The position numbers and the translations under genes were made by a program. A DNA stretch of 64,000 nucleotides from positions 434,001-498,000 of the forward strand of contig JASVEC010000014.1 in the NCBI GenBank assembly GCA_030770535.1, written 5' to 3'. The notes beneath the pieces are model-generated. The model was not told the origin of the DNA. It worked only from the letters and a program-made list of their open reading frames with translations, and did not search any database. Below, piece by piece: positions 30,401 through 43,483 of this stretch. Source of the stretch: Batkoa obscura. Taxonomy: Eukaryota. Numbering within the stretch: the first letter of the stretch is position 1; each line of letters opens with the position of its first letter.

Positions 30401-30827
30401 TATATAAATCCTTATGTAACCTATTTATTGATTTATAATTTTCATTATGTAAGCAATTTAAAACAAAGATTCCAAGTTAGATAAGATACATGCTAAACCA
30501 GATAATTTTTAGTGATTGTTTTTAGGTTCTAGTTATATTAAAATTTTGAGTTAAGAACATTGACATTATTAAAATTTGAAATTTAATAATTTAAGGCAAA
30601 TTATTACTAAAAATAAGGAGGCTTATAAATAAGTTTTACCTATTCTAAATAATATAAGGATACTTTTAAGTTATATAAGGTGATATGAGATCATAGTAGC
30701 TGCTATAGATTTGAGTTGGATTGATATAAATAAAGTGATAAAGTGATTGAATAATCAAAAAAGTTAACACTATTATATTAGAATTTCCATATTATTTTAA
30801 GTCCACGAAAAGATATCAATCATAATC

Positions 30828-32275
30828 ATGGATGAATTTACAACAGTAAATGGCCAATCAATCATAGACACCAAGGTAGAGTTAGAAGATATAATGGAAG
30901 AAAGTCCAAAAGCATATTCGAAAATATATAAATGGAGTGTTTTGATTTTTCTTTCTTTTGCTGCATTTCTAGCACCATTGTCCGCGACAATTTATGTATG
31001 CTATTAATTTCAATATAAAACATTATTTCATTAACACGATTTTAGTTTCCAAGTCTTGCAGCAATAAAAGAAGAGCTTGAGACAACGGATATATTACTTG
31101 ATATTACTGTCTCGGTTTATATGCTCACGTTGGGTCTTGCTCCATTATTTTGGGGAGGAATTGCTGACAGGTATGGTAGAAAAGGAGTGTTTTTAGTTTC
31201 CCAAACTATATTTACTCTTGGAAGCATTGGCTGTGCTTTGTCAAATAGCATAGGTCTCCTTATCGCCATTAGAGTTATACAAGGTATAGGCGCGTCTGCT
31301 CCTATTGTAACTGGCATAGGTGCTATTGCTGATATTTTCCCAAAAGAAGAACGAGGCTCAGCAATGTCAATGTTCTTTATAAGCCCATTAATAGGACCAG
31401 TAATAGGACCTATTATTGGTGGTTTTTTACTTGATGCCTTTGGCTGGAGATCCGCTTTTTGGTTCGTAACGATATTAGGAGGTATTGTTTTACTTATCCC
31501 CATCTTCTTAATACCAGAATCATTACCAAAGTCAGCTATGCAAGAATTTCCAGTTAAAATAACCTTGAAGCCTTTAGGGATTCGTCGCGGTGGTCCAATG
31601 TTTAACCCACTTTCCACATTAAAATTTGTAAGATTCCCTATCGTTATCATAGGTTGCCTTTGTATTGCTATTACTTTTGGGTCCTTTTTTGCAGTTGAAG
31701 CTTCCATGTCAAGAGTGTTTCCAATCACTTACAACTTAACCCCATCTCAGTCCGGTTTAACTTTTATACCATTAGGAGTGGGTTGTATCTTAGGAAATTT
31801 TATTGGTGGGAAATTGTCTGATATGTCCTACCAAAAATTTAAGGCAGTAAATGATGGTAATGACCCTAAACCTGAAGTCAGACTTTATGGGTTATGGACA
31901 GGATCACTTATTGAGGGAGCTGGTTTATTAATGACTGCTTGGTTTGTTACCTATAAGTTACATTTGGCTTCTGCTTTAACTGCAAGTGTTTTAATTGGGA
32001 TAGGAAATACAATTTCATTAATTGCTTGTACTAGTTATCTTGTAGATAACTTTGCTGATGAATCTGCCTCTATTGCGTCGTGCTTTGGTGCATTTCAATT
32101 GGGGTTTTCTGCTGTTCTAAGTGCTGTCAACGGTATTGTACTAGAAAATCTAACTTTTGGTGGTGGTATTACGTTATATGCTTGTCTTTGTTTTTGCGTT
32201 ACTATAGTGTTGTTTGTTCTATTTTATACAGGCGAAGCTATTAGAAAAAGGACTGGACCATATAAACAAGTTTAG
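30828..32275 (+). CDS. MFS drug:H+ antiporter (DHA1; Qdr/Dtr1-like), copy 1; one intron (30996-31045)
   Basis: APLSATIY|FPSL, motif A GGIADRYGRK, motif C PLIGPVIGPIIGG and PEVRL; 12-TM-like hydrophobicity. Confidence 0.93.
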
Positions 32276-32751
32276 TATTTATTATCCATCACCTTTAATA
32301 TTTGTCAATAAACTGAATATTATTTGTAAATAGGAAAATGAATTTGTTAAGACTTTTGGAATCATAATATTTAAAAACCTGCACAATAAATACAATGCTC
32401 ATTAAGGAAATTTGTTAAGATTTTTATTTTGTTTTACTTTAGAATAGTGAAGCTCTTGATATTAGGAAAATGAACACATAATTACAACCAATATCAACAG
32501 AATAACAAAATCTTTAATTAAAACATTCGATAAACAAGCAATAAAATAAGTAAACTGGACAGAGAAATAATAATTTTACAATTATCTAGCTTTATCGAAT
32601 TTATAAAAAAATTACTTTATAACTTTTCTTCAGGGTTGATACTTTTTTTGATAGCATATTAGGATGTTGAATGAAAGTTTAAGCAAAGTACTAAACTATT
32701 AGAAAAAAGAGTATATAATATTTTTTAAATAAACTAAATGGTAAATTATAA

Positions 32752-32852
32752 TATGGGGATGCTTTTTTGGGTTTCATTACTTTTTCCATTTTTAAGTACT
32801 ATTTGAGCGGAAAAATTAGTAAAATTCTTAAACACAAAAATACATTCCCATA
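32752..32852 (-). mobile_element. ~100-bp MITE copy
   Basis: tatggggatgcttttt...aaaaatacattcccata. Confidence 0.88.
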
Positions 32853-33860
32853 TAATGATGCATTTTTAATGCAATTTACCTTATTATTCAACGAAATATA
32901 ACTCTACATTGATAACTTCACTTATCTATTATTTTTATTATTATTTAACCTTATGAGTTTTCATAATATCAATTTTAAAGTTAGCTTCTGGTAGTTATGA
33001 TATTAAATGTGAAAAAATAATAAAAATTGTTTAATGATATTCCATTTAAGATTATATAATAAAGCAATGTTGTCTTATTATTTATAAATATGATATCTGT
33101 GTTTTTATATTACAAATGCTAATAAGTTTAGTTTAGTGTTGACTTTTAAGAATTTTTTTAAATTTATGAAGACTATCAAAAATTAGCAATAGAATTGAAT
33201 AATTATTTCAACTTTATTTGCAATTATTATGAAATTTAAGATTAGTTCTTAAAGACAAAATCCCATTAAATTTAAAATGGACCGAATCCGTGAACTTGTT
33301 AGTATAAGCTATGTTAATTGGTCAAGACTGAAATTTATAAAATTATAAAAAAGAGAAACTTTTATTCAAAAAAAGAATCTTTTCTTTTGGTAAGTAAACC
33401 TTTAATATTAATATTATATCAATATACTATATGATGATTTAAATTCGATTAGTCTTCATGATGCATACTCGGTATGTATTGATTACAATTGCACACACTG
33501 AATTTTATAATCAATCAAAAGTATTATTAAGAGCCATACTAATTAATTTTTTTTAGGTTTTTCATTTATTATAGTAATAAAAGTATTTAAAAGTTTAGCA
33601 TTTTTCTATCTTTAATTGACTCTATTTGTTTATACTAAAAATATTAAGAAGCTTATGAAACCCGATGTCTGTATATAACAAATTAAACTTTCACTATAAT
33701 ATTCACAATTTATTTGTAAAGATAACATGTTAATATTTAAACACATTATATTAAGTTGTTTGTTTTCAGACACCTTCATTCAAATTTATTGCTAATTTTT
33801 TTACTTGAATTCAAGGATTATAAATAACCCTGCATTTTTAAACTCAGTTAAAAATAACAA

Positions 33861-33954
33861 ATGGGGATGTTTTTTTGATTTCATTACTTTTCTATTTTTA
33901 AGCGCTATTTAAGTAGAAAGATCGTTAGCAAAATTAAACAAAAAAACATCCCAA
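33861..33954 (-). mobile_element. MITE copy with small internal deletions
   Basis: atggggatgttttttt...aagcgctatttaagt...aaaaaacatccca. Confidence 0.85.
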
Positions 33955-35076
33955 AATATTTAAATGAACAATGTACTGAGACATAACAAACGACCTTAAT
34001 ACCCTATGACCTGTTTTGAATCTCAGTATTTTAATAAAACAGAAATTATAATTAAAGTTCAAAGAATGAGTATTAATTTAGGTATGCCAGTCGGTGGTCA
34101 TGGTATTGAGTAAAGTGGATAGTCAAGAAAGCCTAAAAACTATCTTTTTAAAACAAAAAATAGCTCAAGCAAAAAAACACTAATTAAAAATTGGATTAAA
34201 TGATCCTAACCTTAACTTTAACTAGCTTTTAGCTTTAACTTTAACTAATATATTTGAATAAAACCCAGTACAATACTCTGAGTTATACTTTGAGTTATAC
34301 TTTGAGTTTTACCGATTTTTTACCTATGACATAAAATGGTTTTTTTATAGAAAATTTTCTTTGACTTTTTACTCGCCTTACTATAATATCATGTGATGAC
34401 CTTTGGGCAAATATATTCTTAGTCTTTAAGCTTCTATACCGGTTTATAGCATTAAGTTGGTGCATTCTGATTTTGTCAATATAAATTATTAGAACATATT
34501 TTTGATGCTATTGAAGAAATACTGACCTTTGATATATTTAAATATCGCAGATTGATCAAAAATAATATTGCATTTATTAACTTAAAATAAATAATGATCG
34601 TCTATACTATTTTAATAAATGGGAGCCCCCTATTTCTCTATCAAATGTCTTAAATACAGTTTTGACTTTTCGCCAATTTATGTTTAAATATAAAAAGTAT
34701 TTTAACACAATAGGATTAAGCAATTGCAAATTGCTTGTTATGAAATAATTCGAAAGATGGTAACATTTAATTTTGTCTTTATACTTTTTAAAGTCGAAAT
34801 TAAATGTTATATAAAGTATTAGAAGCTGGTAACTAATGCTATAAATTTGAAACTATATGCTAAATATAAATTTTTATTTTTGGGAGCTTCGGCCCGCTTT
34901 CCTGGATCATTCTTTGTGAAACTGTTTAAGCTCATATACCCTTAAAGTTAAATTAATCAAGTATGACTTTAATCTATTTAAATTTCAAAAAACATGGCCT
35001 TAATTAATCTGCTCTTAGATGGATTCTAGTATATTACTTTCTTTATCAAATGGTGTGATATCCACTTTTTCATATA

Positions 35077-35118
35077 TATAGGCAAATATATAGGCAAATA
35101 TATAGGCAAATATATAAA
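35077..35118. repeat. 12-bp tandem repeat (ATATAGGCAAAT) x3
   Basis: tatataggcaaatatataggcaaatatataggcaaatatata. Confidence 0.85.
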
Positions 35119-35994
35119 TAGATTTTAAGTGTAGTCTATAATTTATAGTACTCATTTTAATTTTATTTGCATTGTTATTACTAGCAGTCACTATCTTTAT
35201 AAGCCTTTAGTCAGAGGACTTATTTCAAATACATTAGTATTCTTGAGTAAACACCACAATACAATAGTGGCCTATTCTTAAAAAGCATTGAAAACAAAAA
35301 TTAAGTTTACTTAATTAACCTTAAACTTATGACATTTAAGTTATCTTTTAATTTTATATTAGTTTTGCTCAATTCAAATCCTCTATTTTTAACAGCCGTT
35401 AAATAATTAAATTTTTATGTAAAATTTTACTAATTAATCCAAACTTTAATAATTAAAATATTAGAGGATTTTTAATAGATTTTAATGTTCTGAATATAAT
35501 TATTAATTACTAATAAATACTAGAAATTCCAAACACTCTGTGAAAAATTATTACTATTCAAAATTATATACTCTAATAATTATGTTGATAGTGACTAGTA
35601 AAGCTTAATTTTAATATTTCTTTTTAAGTGTGTAAAATATAAACTAAAAACGATAAAAGGGTATCAATTAATAATATAACTCTCATAGTGAAGGCAAAAG
35701 TTTATCATTTGTTGATACTGAAAACAGTTTATTTTTAGACTAAGACTAAGTAAAGTAAATTATTATATTAATATCGATTAATAAATTAAACAATATTGCT
35801 AATTATTTTAACATTAATGCTTTTTATATCCAAAATAAAAAAACAGAAATGTGAATGAGTATGAAATCATGATTGTGCCAAAATTAACTATAATATTGAA
35901 ACATATATAAATGCAATTGATGATAATTTGTTATTTTTAATTATTTATCAAATTATTGTTTTATTACATATATTTGTTTACATTTTAGTACAAC

Positions 35995-37404
35995 ATGAGC
36001 GAGTCTCGATTGGTAGGAAATGAAACACTTTCAATGAGTGATATGAATGAGAGAAAATTAGAATCAGCAAATTCTATAGAAAACACAAAGCAATACTCAA
36101 AGTTACGCAGGGGTGTTATATTAGCAGTAGTTGCTTTTGCTGCTATATTAGCACCTCTATCTTCAACAATTTACTTTCCAAGTCTTGAAGCAATAAAAAA
36201 GGAATTAAAGACAACAGAAATATTGGTTGATATTACTATTGCTGTTTATATGCTTACATTAGGTCTTGCGCCATTAGTTTGGGGCGGATTGGCAGACAGA
36301 TTTGGTAGAAAAGGAGTATTTTTAATTACACAGGTTATATTTACAATTGGAAATGTTGGTTGTGCTTTGTCTAATAGTATAGGACTTTTGATAGCAATGA
36401 GAGTCATACAAGCTATAGGTGCGTCTGCTCCTGTTGTAACTGGTATAGGTACAATCAGTGATATTTTTCCAAGGGAGGATCGAGGCTTCGCTATGTCAAT
36501 ATTTTTTGTAGGTCCATTAGTAGGGCCAGTAATTGGACCAATTATTGGTGGCTTCTTGTTTGATGCTTTTGGTTGGAGGTCTACTTTTTGGACTTTAACA
36601 ATTCTAGGAGGAGTTCTTATACTTTTGTCAGTGTTCCTATTACCAGAAACTCTACCAAAATCAGCTAAACAAGAATTCCCAATTAAAATAACACTTAGTC
36701 CTTTAGGAATTCGTCGCGGTGGTCCAATGTTTAATCCACTTTCTCCATTAACATTTTTAAAGTACCCTATTGTTATTATAGCCTGTCTTTGTATTGCTAT
36801 CACTTTTGGTTCCTTTTTTGCAGTGGAATCTTCCATGTCAAGGGTTCTTCCAGCTACCTATAAACTAACCCCATCTCAATCCGGTTTAACTTTCGTACCT
36901 TTAGGTATAGGCAATATAATAGGCAATCTTATTGGTGGAAAGGTATCTGATATGTCATATCAGAGATTCAAAGCTGAAAACAATGGAAGGAGTCCTCGTC
37001 CAGAAGTCAGATTCTATGGTTTATGGTCTGCGTCGCTTATTGAAGCAATCGGTTTATTAATGACTGCTTGGTTTGTTACTTTTAAATTTCACTTGGGAGC
37101 AGTTTTAGTTGGTGGATTCCTCATTGGATTAGGAAATACAATGTCAGTTATTGCTTGCTCAAGTTACCTTGTGGATAACTTTCCGGAGTATGCTAGCTCT
37201 ATTGCGGCGTGTTTTGGTGCATTTCAATTGATATTTAGTGCTATACTTACTTCTGTAAATGGTATTTTATTAGAGAAATTAACTTACGGTGGCGGTATTT
37301 CATTATACGCTTGTCTTTGTTTCTGTGTTACAATAACGGTATTTATAATGTTCTATAAAGGAGAAGGCCTTAGACAAAAATTCAACAGATATGATAGGAT
37401 TTAG
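35995..37404 (+). CDS. MFS DHA1 transporter, copy 2; intronless
   Basis: 469-aa ORF with APLSSTIYFPSL, GGLADRFGRK and GPLVGPVIGPIIGG. Confidence 0.95.
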   Translation: MSESRLVGNETLSMSDMNERKLESANSIENTKQYSKLRRGVILAVVAFAAILAPLSSTIYFPSLEAIKKELKTTEILVDITIAVYMLTLGLAPLVWGGLADRFGRKGVFLITQVIFTIGNVGCALSNSIGLLIAMRVIQAIGASAPVVTGIGTISDIFPREDRGFAMSIFFVGPLVGPVIGPIIGGFLFDAFGWRSTFWTLTILGGVLILLSVFLLPETLPKSAKQEFPIKITLSPLGIRRGGPMFNPLSPLTFLKYPIVIIACLCIAITFGSFFAVESSMSRVLPATYKLTPSQSGLTFVPLGIGNIIGNLIGGKVSDMSYQRFKAENNGRSPRPEVRFYGLWSASLIEAIGLLMTAWFVTFKFHLGAVLVGGFLIGLGNTMSVIACSSYLVDNFPEYASSIAACFGAFQLIFSAILTSVNGILLEKLTYGGGISLYACLCFCVTITVFIMFYKGEGLRQKFNRYDRI

Positions 37405-37739
37405 TATCTATGATCTCTTTATTTTTAAATAACTTAAAATAACTTTAGGTTTTATTTCATTTTAAATTTTATATTCTGAATAAAAATAATCGACACTTAA
37501 CAAATTAGAAATTAAACTAAATTAACTTTTATAATATCATACGTTATATAAAAAAAGTCATAAGATTTTATTAACTTTCAGATATTTTGCTATAGCCTTT
37601 TAAATGATACAGAAAAGTAAATACTATACTATTAAAATCTCTGTATATTAAAAGATAACACGTTATATATAATACTCATTCTATAAAATTTATTGCATGA
37701 TAATTATTTTAAAAATATTATATTGGAACCATCTACAAT

Positions 37740-37797
37740 TTAGGATCCTTTTTTTTGTTTAAGAATTTTACTAGCAATTCTCCTACTTAAACAGTAT
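37740..37797 (+). mobile_element. 5' half of an older MITE copy abutting a full copy
   Basis: ggatcctttttttgtttaagaattttactagcaattctcctacttaaacagt matches the left half of the consensus. Confidence 0.7.
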
Positions 37798-37900
37798 TTG
37801 GGAATGTATTTTTGTGTTTAAGAATTTTACTAACAATCTTTCTATTTAAATAGCGCTTAAAAAATGGAAAAGTAATGAAATCAAAAAAAACATCCCTATA
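37798..37900 (+). mobile_element. ~100-bp MITE copy
   Basis: ttgggaatgtatttttgtgtttaagaatttt...aaatagcgcttaaaaaatggaaaagtaatgaaatc...acatccctata. Confidence 0.88.
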
Positions 37901-38187
37901 TAATACATATAATGATATTTAGTTATAGCTTTAAAGCTAATCACCTCTTTTTACAGCTATTTATTAACTTAGTAATAATGTAGTTATAATTTAAAGTTAT
38001 CTATTTATTTGTTTAATAGTAGATCTTTAATGTTAGCTATAAAGCAATTAATAGTAAGTATTTTTAATGAAGCTTTATGAAAATACATATTTATTTATAT
38101 AATATAACTTTGATTGATATTAATGTATACGTTATATTAGTAAAGCTTTCATTAACCTGGTGATTTTTAAATTCAATAGAAATTTTC

Positions 38188-38291
38188 ATAAGAGTGTTTT
38201 TTTTGACTTCATTACTTTTTCCATCTTTTAAGCACTATTTAAGTGGAAAAATTCTTAATAAAATTCTTAAATATAAAAATACATTCCCGTA
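38188..38291 (-). mobile_element. ~100-bp MITE copy
   Basis: gtgttttttttgacttcattactttttccatc...aaaaatacattcccgta. Confidence 0.85.
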
Positions 38292-40084
38292 TTGCGAAAA
38301 ATTAGGTCGAATTCAAATTCAAATAAATACCAAAACCCAAGAATCTAAAATTAAACAAAGTCAAATAATAAATATAAACAAAAAACAAACAAAATTTATA
38401 TAAAATTTCATTAAATGTTTAAATTATTATTATTGATCAAATTTAAGCCATCAGATTTTTTTGAATCTTTCAAATCAATTTATTTTTTGGTGAAGTGGGT
38501 TAGTAAGCAAGCTTGTTTCTTTACATTCTATTTTATTTATTATTCGTTGTTCATTCTATTGGCTTTTCTTTATTTTTGATTAGCTATTGTGTTAGTTTTT
38601 TATTTATTGTTTACTTTAAAATAATTTTTGTTGACATTGTCAAGATTTTTTAATACTACTAAAAAGTATTTGTAGCAAAATTAGGTTATTAAGCTTTAAC
38701 ACAGCCCAATATTCCAACCTAACATTTCAGTCAGCTTCACTATTTTTTTAACTTCAAATATTTCAGAATGGTGTACCTATTTTGGAAATATTACAAACTA
38801 AAAAGGCTTAAAAAATATTAAAGTTTAATTTTTTCTAAAACATGTACTAGACCTAGAAGCCAATAAAAGTTTTATTAAAAAGTCAAAAGCGATAATAAGA
38901 GGAGAAAGTTCATCAAAGATATCATATTTACTTTATGGAATATTTATCAATTTTTTTGAAGGTTTATTAAACATATTTTGCAAATCATTTATACCGATTT
39001 ACAAATAAGGCCTGTTTTTAATTATATGGATTCTCAACCACAATTTTTATTTTTATTTTCATTAGTATGATCTTCAAATAAGTATTTACGATTTAAAATT
39101 TGTAGAATTTGTGTTTTTTTTTTAGAATATTCAAAGATATTAGAAATAGGAAGCGGGTGAAAGACTTTTTTGTTCATTGGAAAATGCCAATGTTCGCTGA
39201 TTATTACTTTTGACCTGTGTACTCTTTATCTGATATATGACAGCTTTTAACTTGTTATGGTTCTATTCTAAGACTTCAATTATTTAAACAAGATAAAATA
39301 TAATTAAGATTACATTGTTATTATCAGATAATAAAAAAATAGATGAAAATCAATACAACATAAATAACACAGATCACTCTAGGGTAGGGGTCAGGAAACA
39401 TAAATTTTAAACAATGAACTATTTTAGAGAATAGTACTTTTAATTCCCTGACTTTGATTAACTCAAAAGAAATCATAAATTAATCTTATAATAAGCTTTT
39501 AATTTACTATTTTATCTTTGTTATCAAATAAATACAATCTTAGGCATATATCAAAAGAAACAATCTCAGCTATACAGTAATGGCAATAATATGGCATAAA
39601 TTTTATACATCTTTGCTTAAATGATGTGCTTTGCATATCACAACATATATATGATTTTAATATTAGTAAAAAATAAAAGATAAAAATAAAATACACACAA
39701 TATGATGACTTTAATAATTCAGTAATTTGTATAAGAAATTAAAGCGCTAATATGTATTTAAAACTAAGATATATAAAAAAGTCCTATTAACTGGATAGAA
39801 TATAGAATTGGATAAACGGGATTGATATGTCATCAATATCAATATCAGATTGTATTTAAATAAGAATAAATAAGCGAGTCTTTATATTACTAATAAAAAA
39901 CGATAGCGTTTGTTGTATTTTTATTCTAGTTCTTATAGCCTGTTTTAGAATATAAGGTATACAGAATTAAGTTCTTGTGATATCATAGCTTAGCATAGAG
40001 TATTTTTATAATATGGTGGTATATATAAGCTAAAAAGATCAATATTATTGTCTTAAAGTAAATATTTGTATAGCTTAATAGAAT

Positions 40085-41497
40085 ATGACCAAAGCTTTAC
40101 CAGTACCAAAAACCATTGTCATAGATGTTGAAAAAGAGGAAAACAAACTAGAATTAGGAAATGCTATAGGAAAAAACATTGCACAATATTCAAAATTTCG
40201 TAGAGGTGTTATACTCTTAGTTATTGCCTTTGCTGCGATTTTGGCGCCATTATCCTCAACGATTTACTTTCCAAGTCTTGAAATAATAAAGGAAGAACTC
40301 AACACAACAGAAATATTGATCGATGTTACCATTTCTATATATATGTTTATAATAGGTCTCGCACCATTAGTTTGGGGTGGAATGGCAGACAGATTCGGTA
40401 GAAGAGGTGTATTTTTAATTACTCAAGTTATTTACACTATTGGAAATTTTAGCTGCGCTTTATCTAATAGTATAGGATTATTGATAGCAATGAGAGTCAT
40501 ACAAGGTATAGGTGCATCCGCTGCCATTGTAACTGGTATGGGAACAATTGCTGATATTTTTCCAAGGGAGGATCGAGGCTTCGCTATGTCAATATTTTAT
40601 GTAGGTCCATTAGTAGGTCCAGTAATAGGACCAATTATTGGTGGCTTCTTATCTGATGCTTTTGGTTGGAGGTCTACTTTTTGGACTTTGACGATTCTAG
40701 GAGGCATTGTTTTAGTTGCATCAGTTTTTTTGTTACCAGAAACTTTGGCAAAATCAGCTAAACAAGAATTCCCAATTAAAATAACTTTAAAGCCTTTAAG
40801 GATTCGTAAAGGTGGTAAAATTTTTAACCCGCTTTCACCATTGGGATTTTTAAGATTCCCTATTGTCGTTATATTTTGTATTTGTGTGGCTGTTACTTTT
40901 GGGTCCTTTTTTGCGGTGGAATCTTCCATGTCAAGGGTTTTTCCAGCTATTTACAACTTAACTCCATCTCAATCTGGTTTGACTTTTGTGCCATTAGGCC
41001 TTGGTAGTATTTTAGGTAACCTTATTGCAGGAAAGGCATCTGATATCTCGTTTCGAAAATTCAAAGCTAGAAATAATGGTAAAAATCCTCGTCCTGAAGT
41101 TAGGTTATATGGCTTGTGGTCAGGACCTTTGATTGAAGCCACTGGTTTATTGATGACTGCCTGGTTTGTTACATTTGAGTTTCATTTAGGAGTAGTTTTA
41201 GTAGCAGGGTTTCTAATTGGATTAGGAAACACTGTTTCTATGATTGCTTGTTCAAGTTATTTGGTTGATGTTTTTCCTAACTATGCTAGCTCTATTGCAG
41301 CATGTACTAATGCATTCCAACTAGTATTTAGCGCTATGCTTTCTGCTGTAAATGGAATCATATTAGAGGAATTAACTTATGGTGTTGGTATCACCTTATA
41401 TGCTTGCTTTTGTTTCTGTGTTGCTCTAATGATGCTTTTAATGTTCTATAAGGGAGAAGGCATTAGAAAGAAATTCAGCTTGGATGACAGAGATTAG
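40085..41497 (+). CDS. MFS DHA1 transporter, copy 3; intronless
   Basis: 470-aa ORF with the same motifs as copies 1 and 2. Confidence 0.95.
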   Translation: MTKALPVPKTIVIDVEKEENKLELGNAIGKNIAQYSKFRRGVILLVIAFAAILAPLSSTIYFPSLEIIKEELNTTEILIDVTISIYMFIIGLAPLVWGGMADRFGRRGVFLITQVIYTIGNFSCALSNSIGLLIAMRVIQGIGASAAIVTGMGTIADIFPREDRGFAMSIFYVGPLVGPVIGPIIGGFLSDAFGWRSTFWTLTILGGIVLVASVFLLPETLAKSAKQEFPIKITLKPLRIRKGGKIFNPLSPLGFLRFPIVVIFCICVAVTFGSFFAVESSMSRVFPAIYNLTPSQSGLTFVPLGLGSILGNLIAGKASDISFRKFKARNNGKNPRPEVRLYGLWSGPLIEATGLLMTAWFVTFEFHLGVVLVAGFLIGLGNTVSMIACSSYLVDVFPNYASSIAACTNAFQLVFSAMLSAVNGIILEELTYGVGITLYACFCFCVALMMLLMFYKGEGIRKKFSLDDRD

Positions 41498-41853
41498 TGT
41501 TTATCATCCTATGATTTTAATTGTCGGTCCAGAATCGCCTTGGTTTATTTTAGATTTAATATACATATTATTCTATTAAAAATAAAAAATTTAAATAAAA
41601 AAATATTATAGGTTGTTTTTCCTTAGTGGGGGCACTTTTAAAAAAAGAAGTTGAAAAAAAAGAGTACATTGAGACATAATTTTTACTGTTTTTTAGTTTC
41701 TTTTTAACTTTAAGTCTATATTATAAAATAAAAACATTGTTACCAGTTAAAGAAGTAGTATAAAATTTTATAATAGCTTCTAAAACAGTTATGATTGTAA
41801 TAAAAGGTAAAAACAGGGATAAAAAATGTTATAAACATTTATAAAATTTAATG

Positions 41854-41957
41854 TTTGTGATGTATTTTTTTGTTTAAGAATTTTATTAACAATCTTTCCA
41901 CTCAAATTGCGTTTAAAAGATGGAAAAAGTAATGAAATCAAAAAAAATCATCCTCAT
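41854..41957 (+). mobile_element. ~100-bp MITE copy
   Basis: gatgtatttttttgtttaagaatttt...ttccactcaaattgcgtttaaaagatggaaaaagtaatgaaatc...catcctcat. Confidence 0.85.
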
Positions 41958-42127
41958 TTAATGTTTAATACAAAAATTTATAAAAGTTTGTTGATTAATT
42001 ATTTATAATAAATATGTTAAGATTTATATAGTCATTTTTAAAATTGAAATAAAATTTAAAAAATAAACATTAAGGTAAATATATATATGTAATATAATAT
42101 AAAAAATATTAATATTTTAAGCAAATC

Positions 42128-42229
42128 TATGAAGATGATTTTTTTAAGTTTATTACTTTTCCCTCTTTTAAGCGCTATTTGTGGAAAAATTATTAGTAAA
42201 ATTCTTAAACAAAAAAATATATCACCATA
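42128..42229 (-). mobile_element. ~100-bp MITE copy
   Basis: tatgaagatgattttt...aagcgctatttgtggaaaaa...aaattcttaaacaaaaaaatatatcaccata. Confidence 0.85.
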
Positions 42230-43483
42230 TGTATAATATCGCTTTGTCAGCTATATGATTGACTATAACATAACGATCACTTAAATTGTTGTATTCTCAA
42301 GTTTAGATACAATCAATCCAGAGTCCCTTTGTTTTGATTTGCTGTGGGAATTTTCAACTTCATTGTAAAGAATACTATCTTCTCATTTTAATATCTATAC
42401 TTATTGGAGTACAAAAGAGATTTTAGAACATAGTAACTCGAGGCTTTTTAATTGGATTATTCCCTGGTATCTTGTACATTTAATAAAGTTACTGGATTTC
42501 CTTAATAGTATTTACATAGATTTTACATTAGTACTGTCTATTCTATTTGTTTTACATAGTCCGTAGCCTGTTACGTGTTATTCATAAGTCAAGTCTATCT
42601 TAATTACATGAACTAATAAGACCTTTTGACTCCAACCACTAAGTACCAGGTTTCGGTTTCACATATATATTAAATTTTACTTTAGGTTTAATTAATTTCG
42701 AATTAAAAAGCTATTTGTATGCATATATTAATATTAAATACATAAAAGTAGTATAAATATAATTTTCATATATGTTAAATATTTGTTTTGTACTTTTTTT
42801 AACAAGAAATAGTTTAATCGTAGATTTAACTTTAAATAATAATAGGTTTGATGCTTTGATATGAATTTATTACTTTTTGCATATAGCTAGCTCTATTCTA
42901 CAACCTAGTTTGATTACTTATACTTGTTTTCAAGTCTATTGGACTTTTACTGTTAGAATAATAATTATTTTTATAAAATTTTTATAAAAAAACATCTCCA
43001 AACCCTAAAAAAAACTTATCATTCTATAAAAAAATCATTACTTAAAAATCATATATTCTGATAGCTTTATTGATAATTATCGATCAAGTATAAGTTCAAC
43101 AAATGATGTTTTTACATATGTAAAACACAAACTGAAAATGATGAAAGCGTATCATTAGTAATATAGCTCTTATAATGAGAACAAATATTTATATTATTAT
43201 AAAATTGTCTATTTTTATATCAAAGCTAAATAAGGCAAATCAAATTTATACCATCAGGAACCAATAAATTAAACAAATAACTATTCGTAATTTTAACATT
43301 TGTACTTTTTATACCCAAACCAAAAAATATATATAGTAATGAATGAAATCATGGCTGTGATAAAACTTATCTATAATCTTATACCATACACATAAAAGAA
43401 GTGAAAGACTTTTTACTTTTTACTTTTTTTATTTTTTTGGGTTACTTTTTAAATATATATACCTTTATCATATTTTATGTAAG

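Noticed and set aside
38194..38403. 69-aa ORF (likewise 52739-53018)
   Set aside because: Chance frames running through MITE copies, without true ATG starts.
39388..39455. Weak inverted repeat gtcaggaa...ttccctgac
   Set aside because: Short, imperfect and single-copy in the window.
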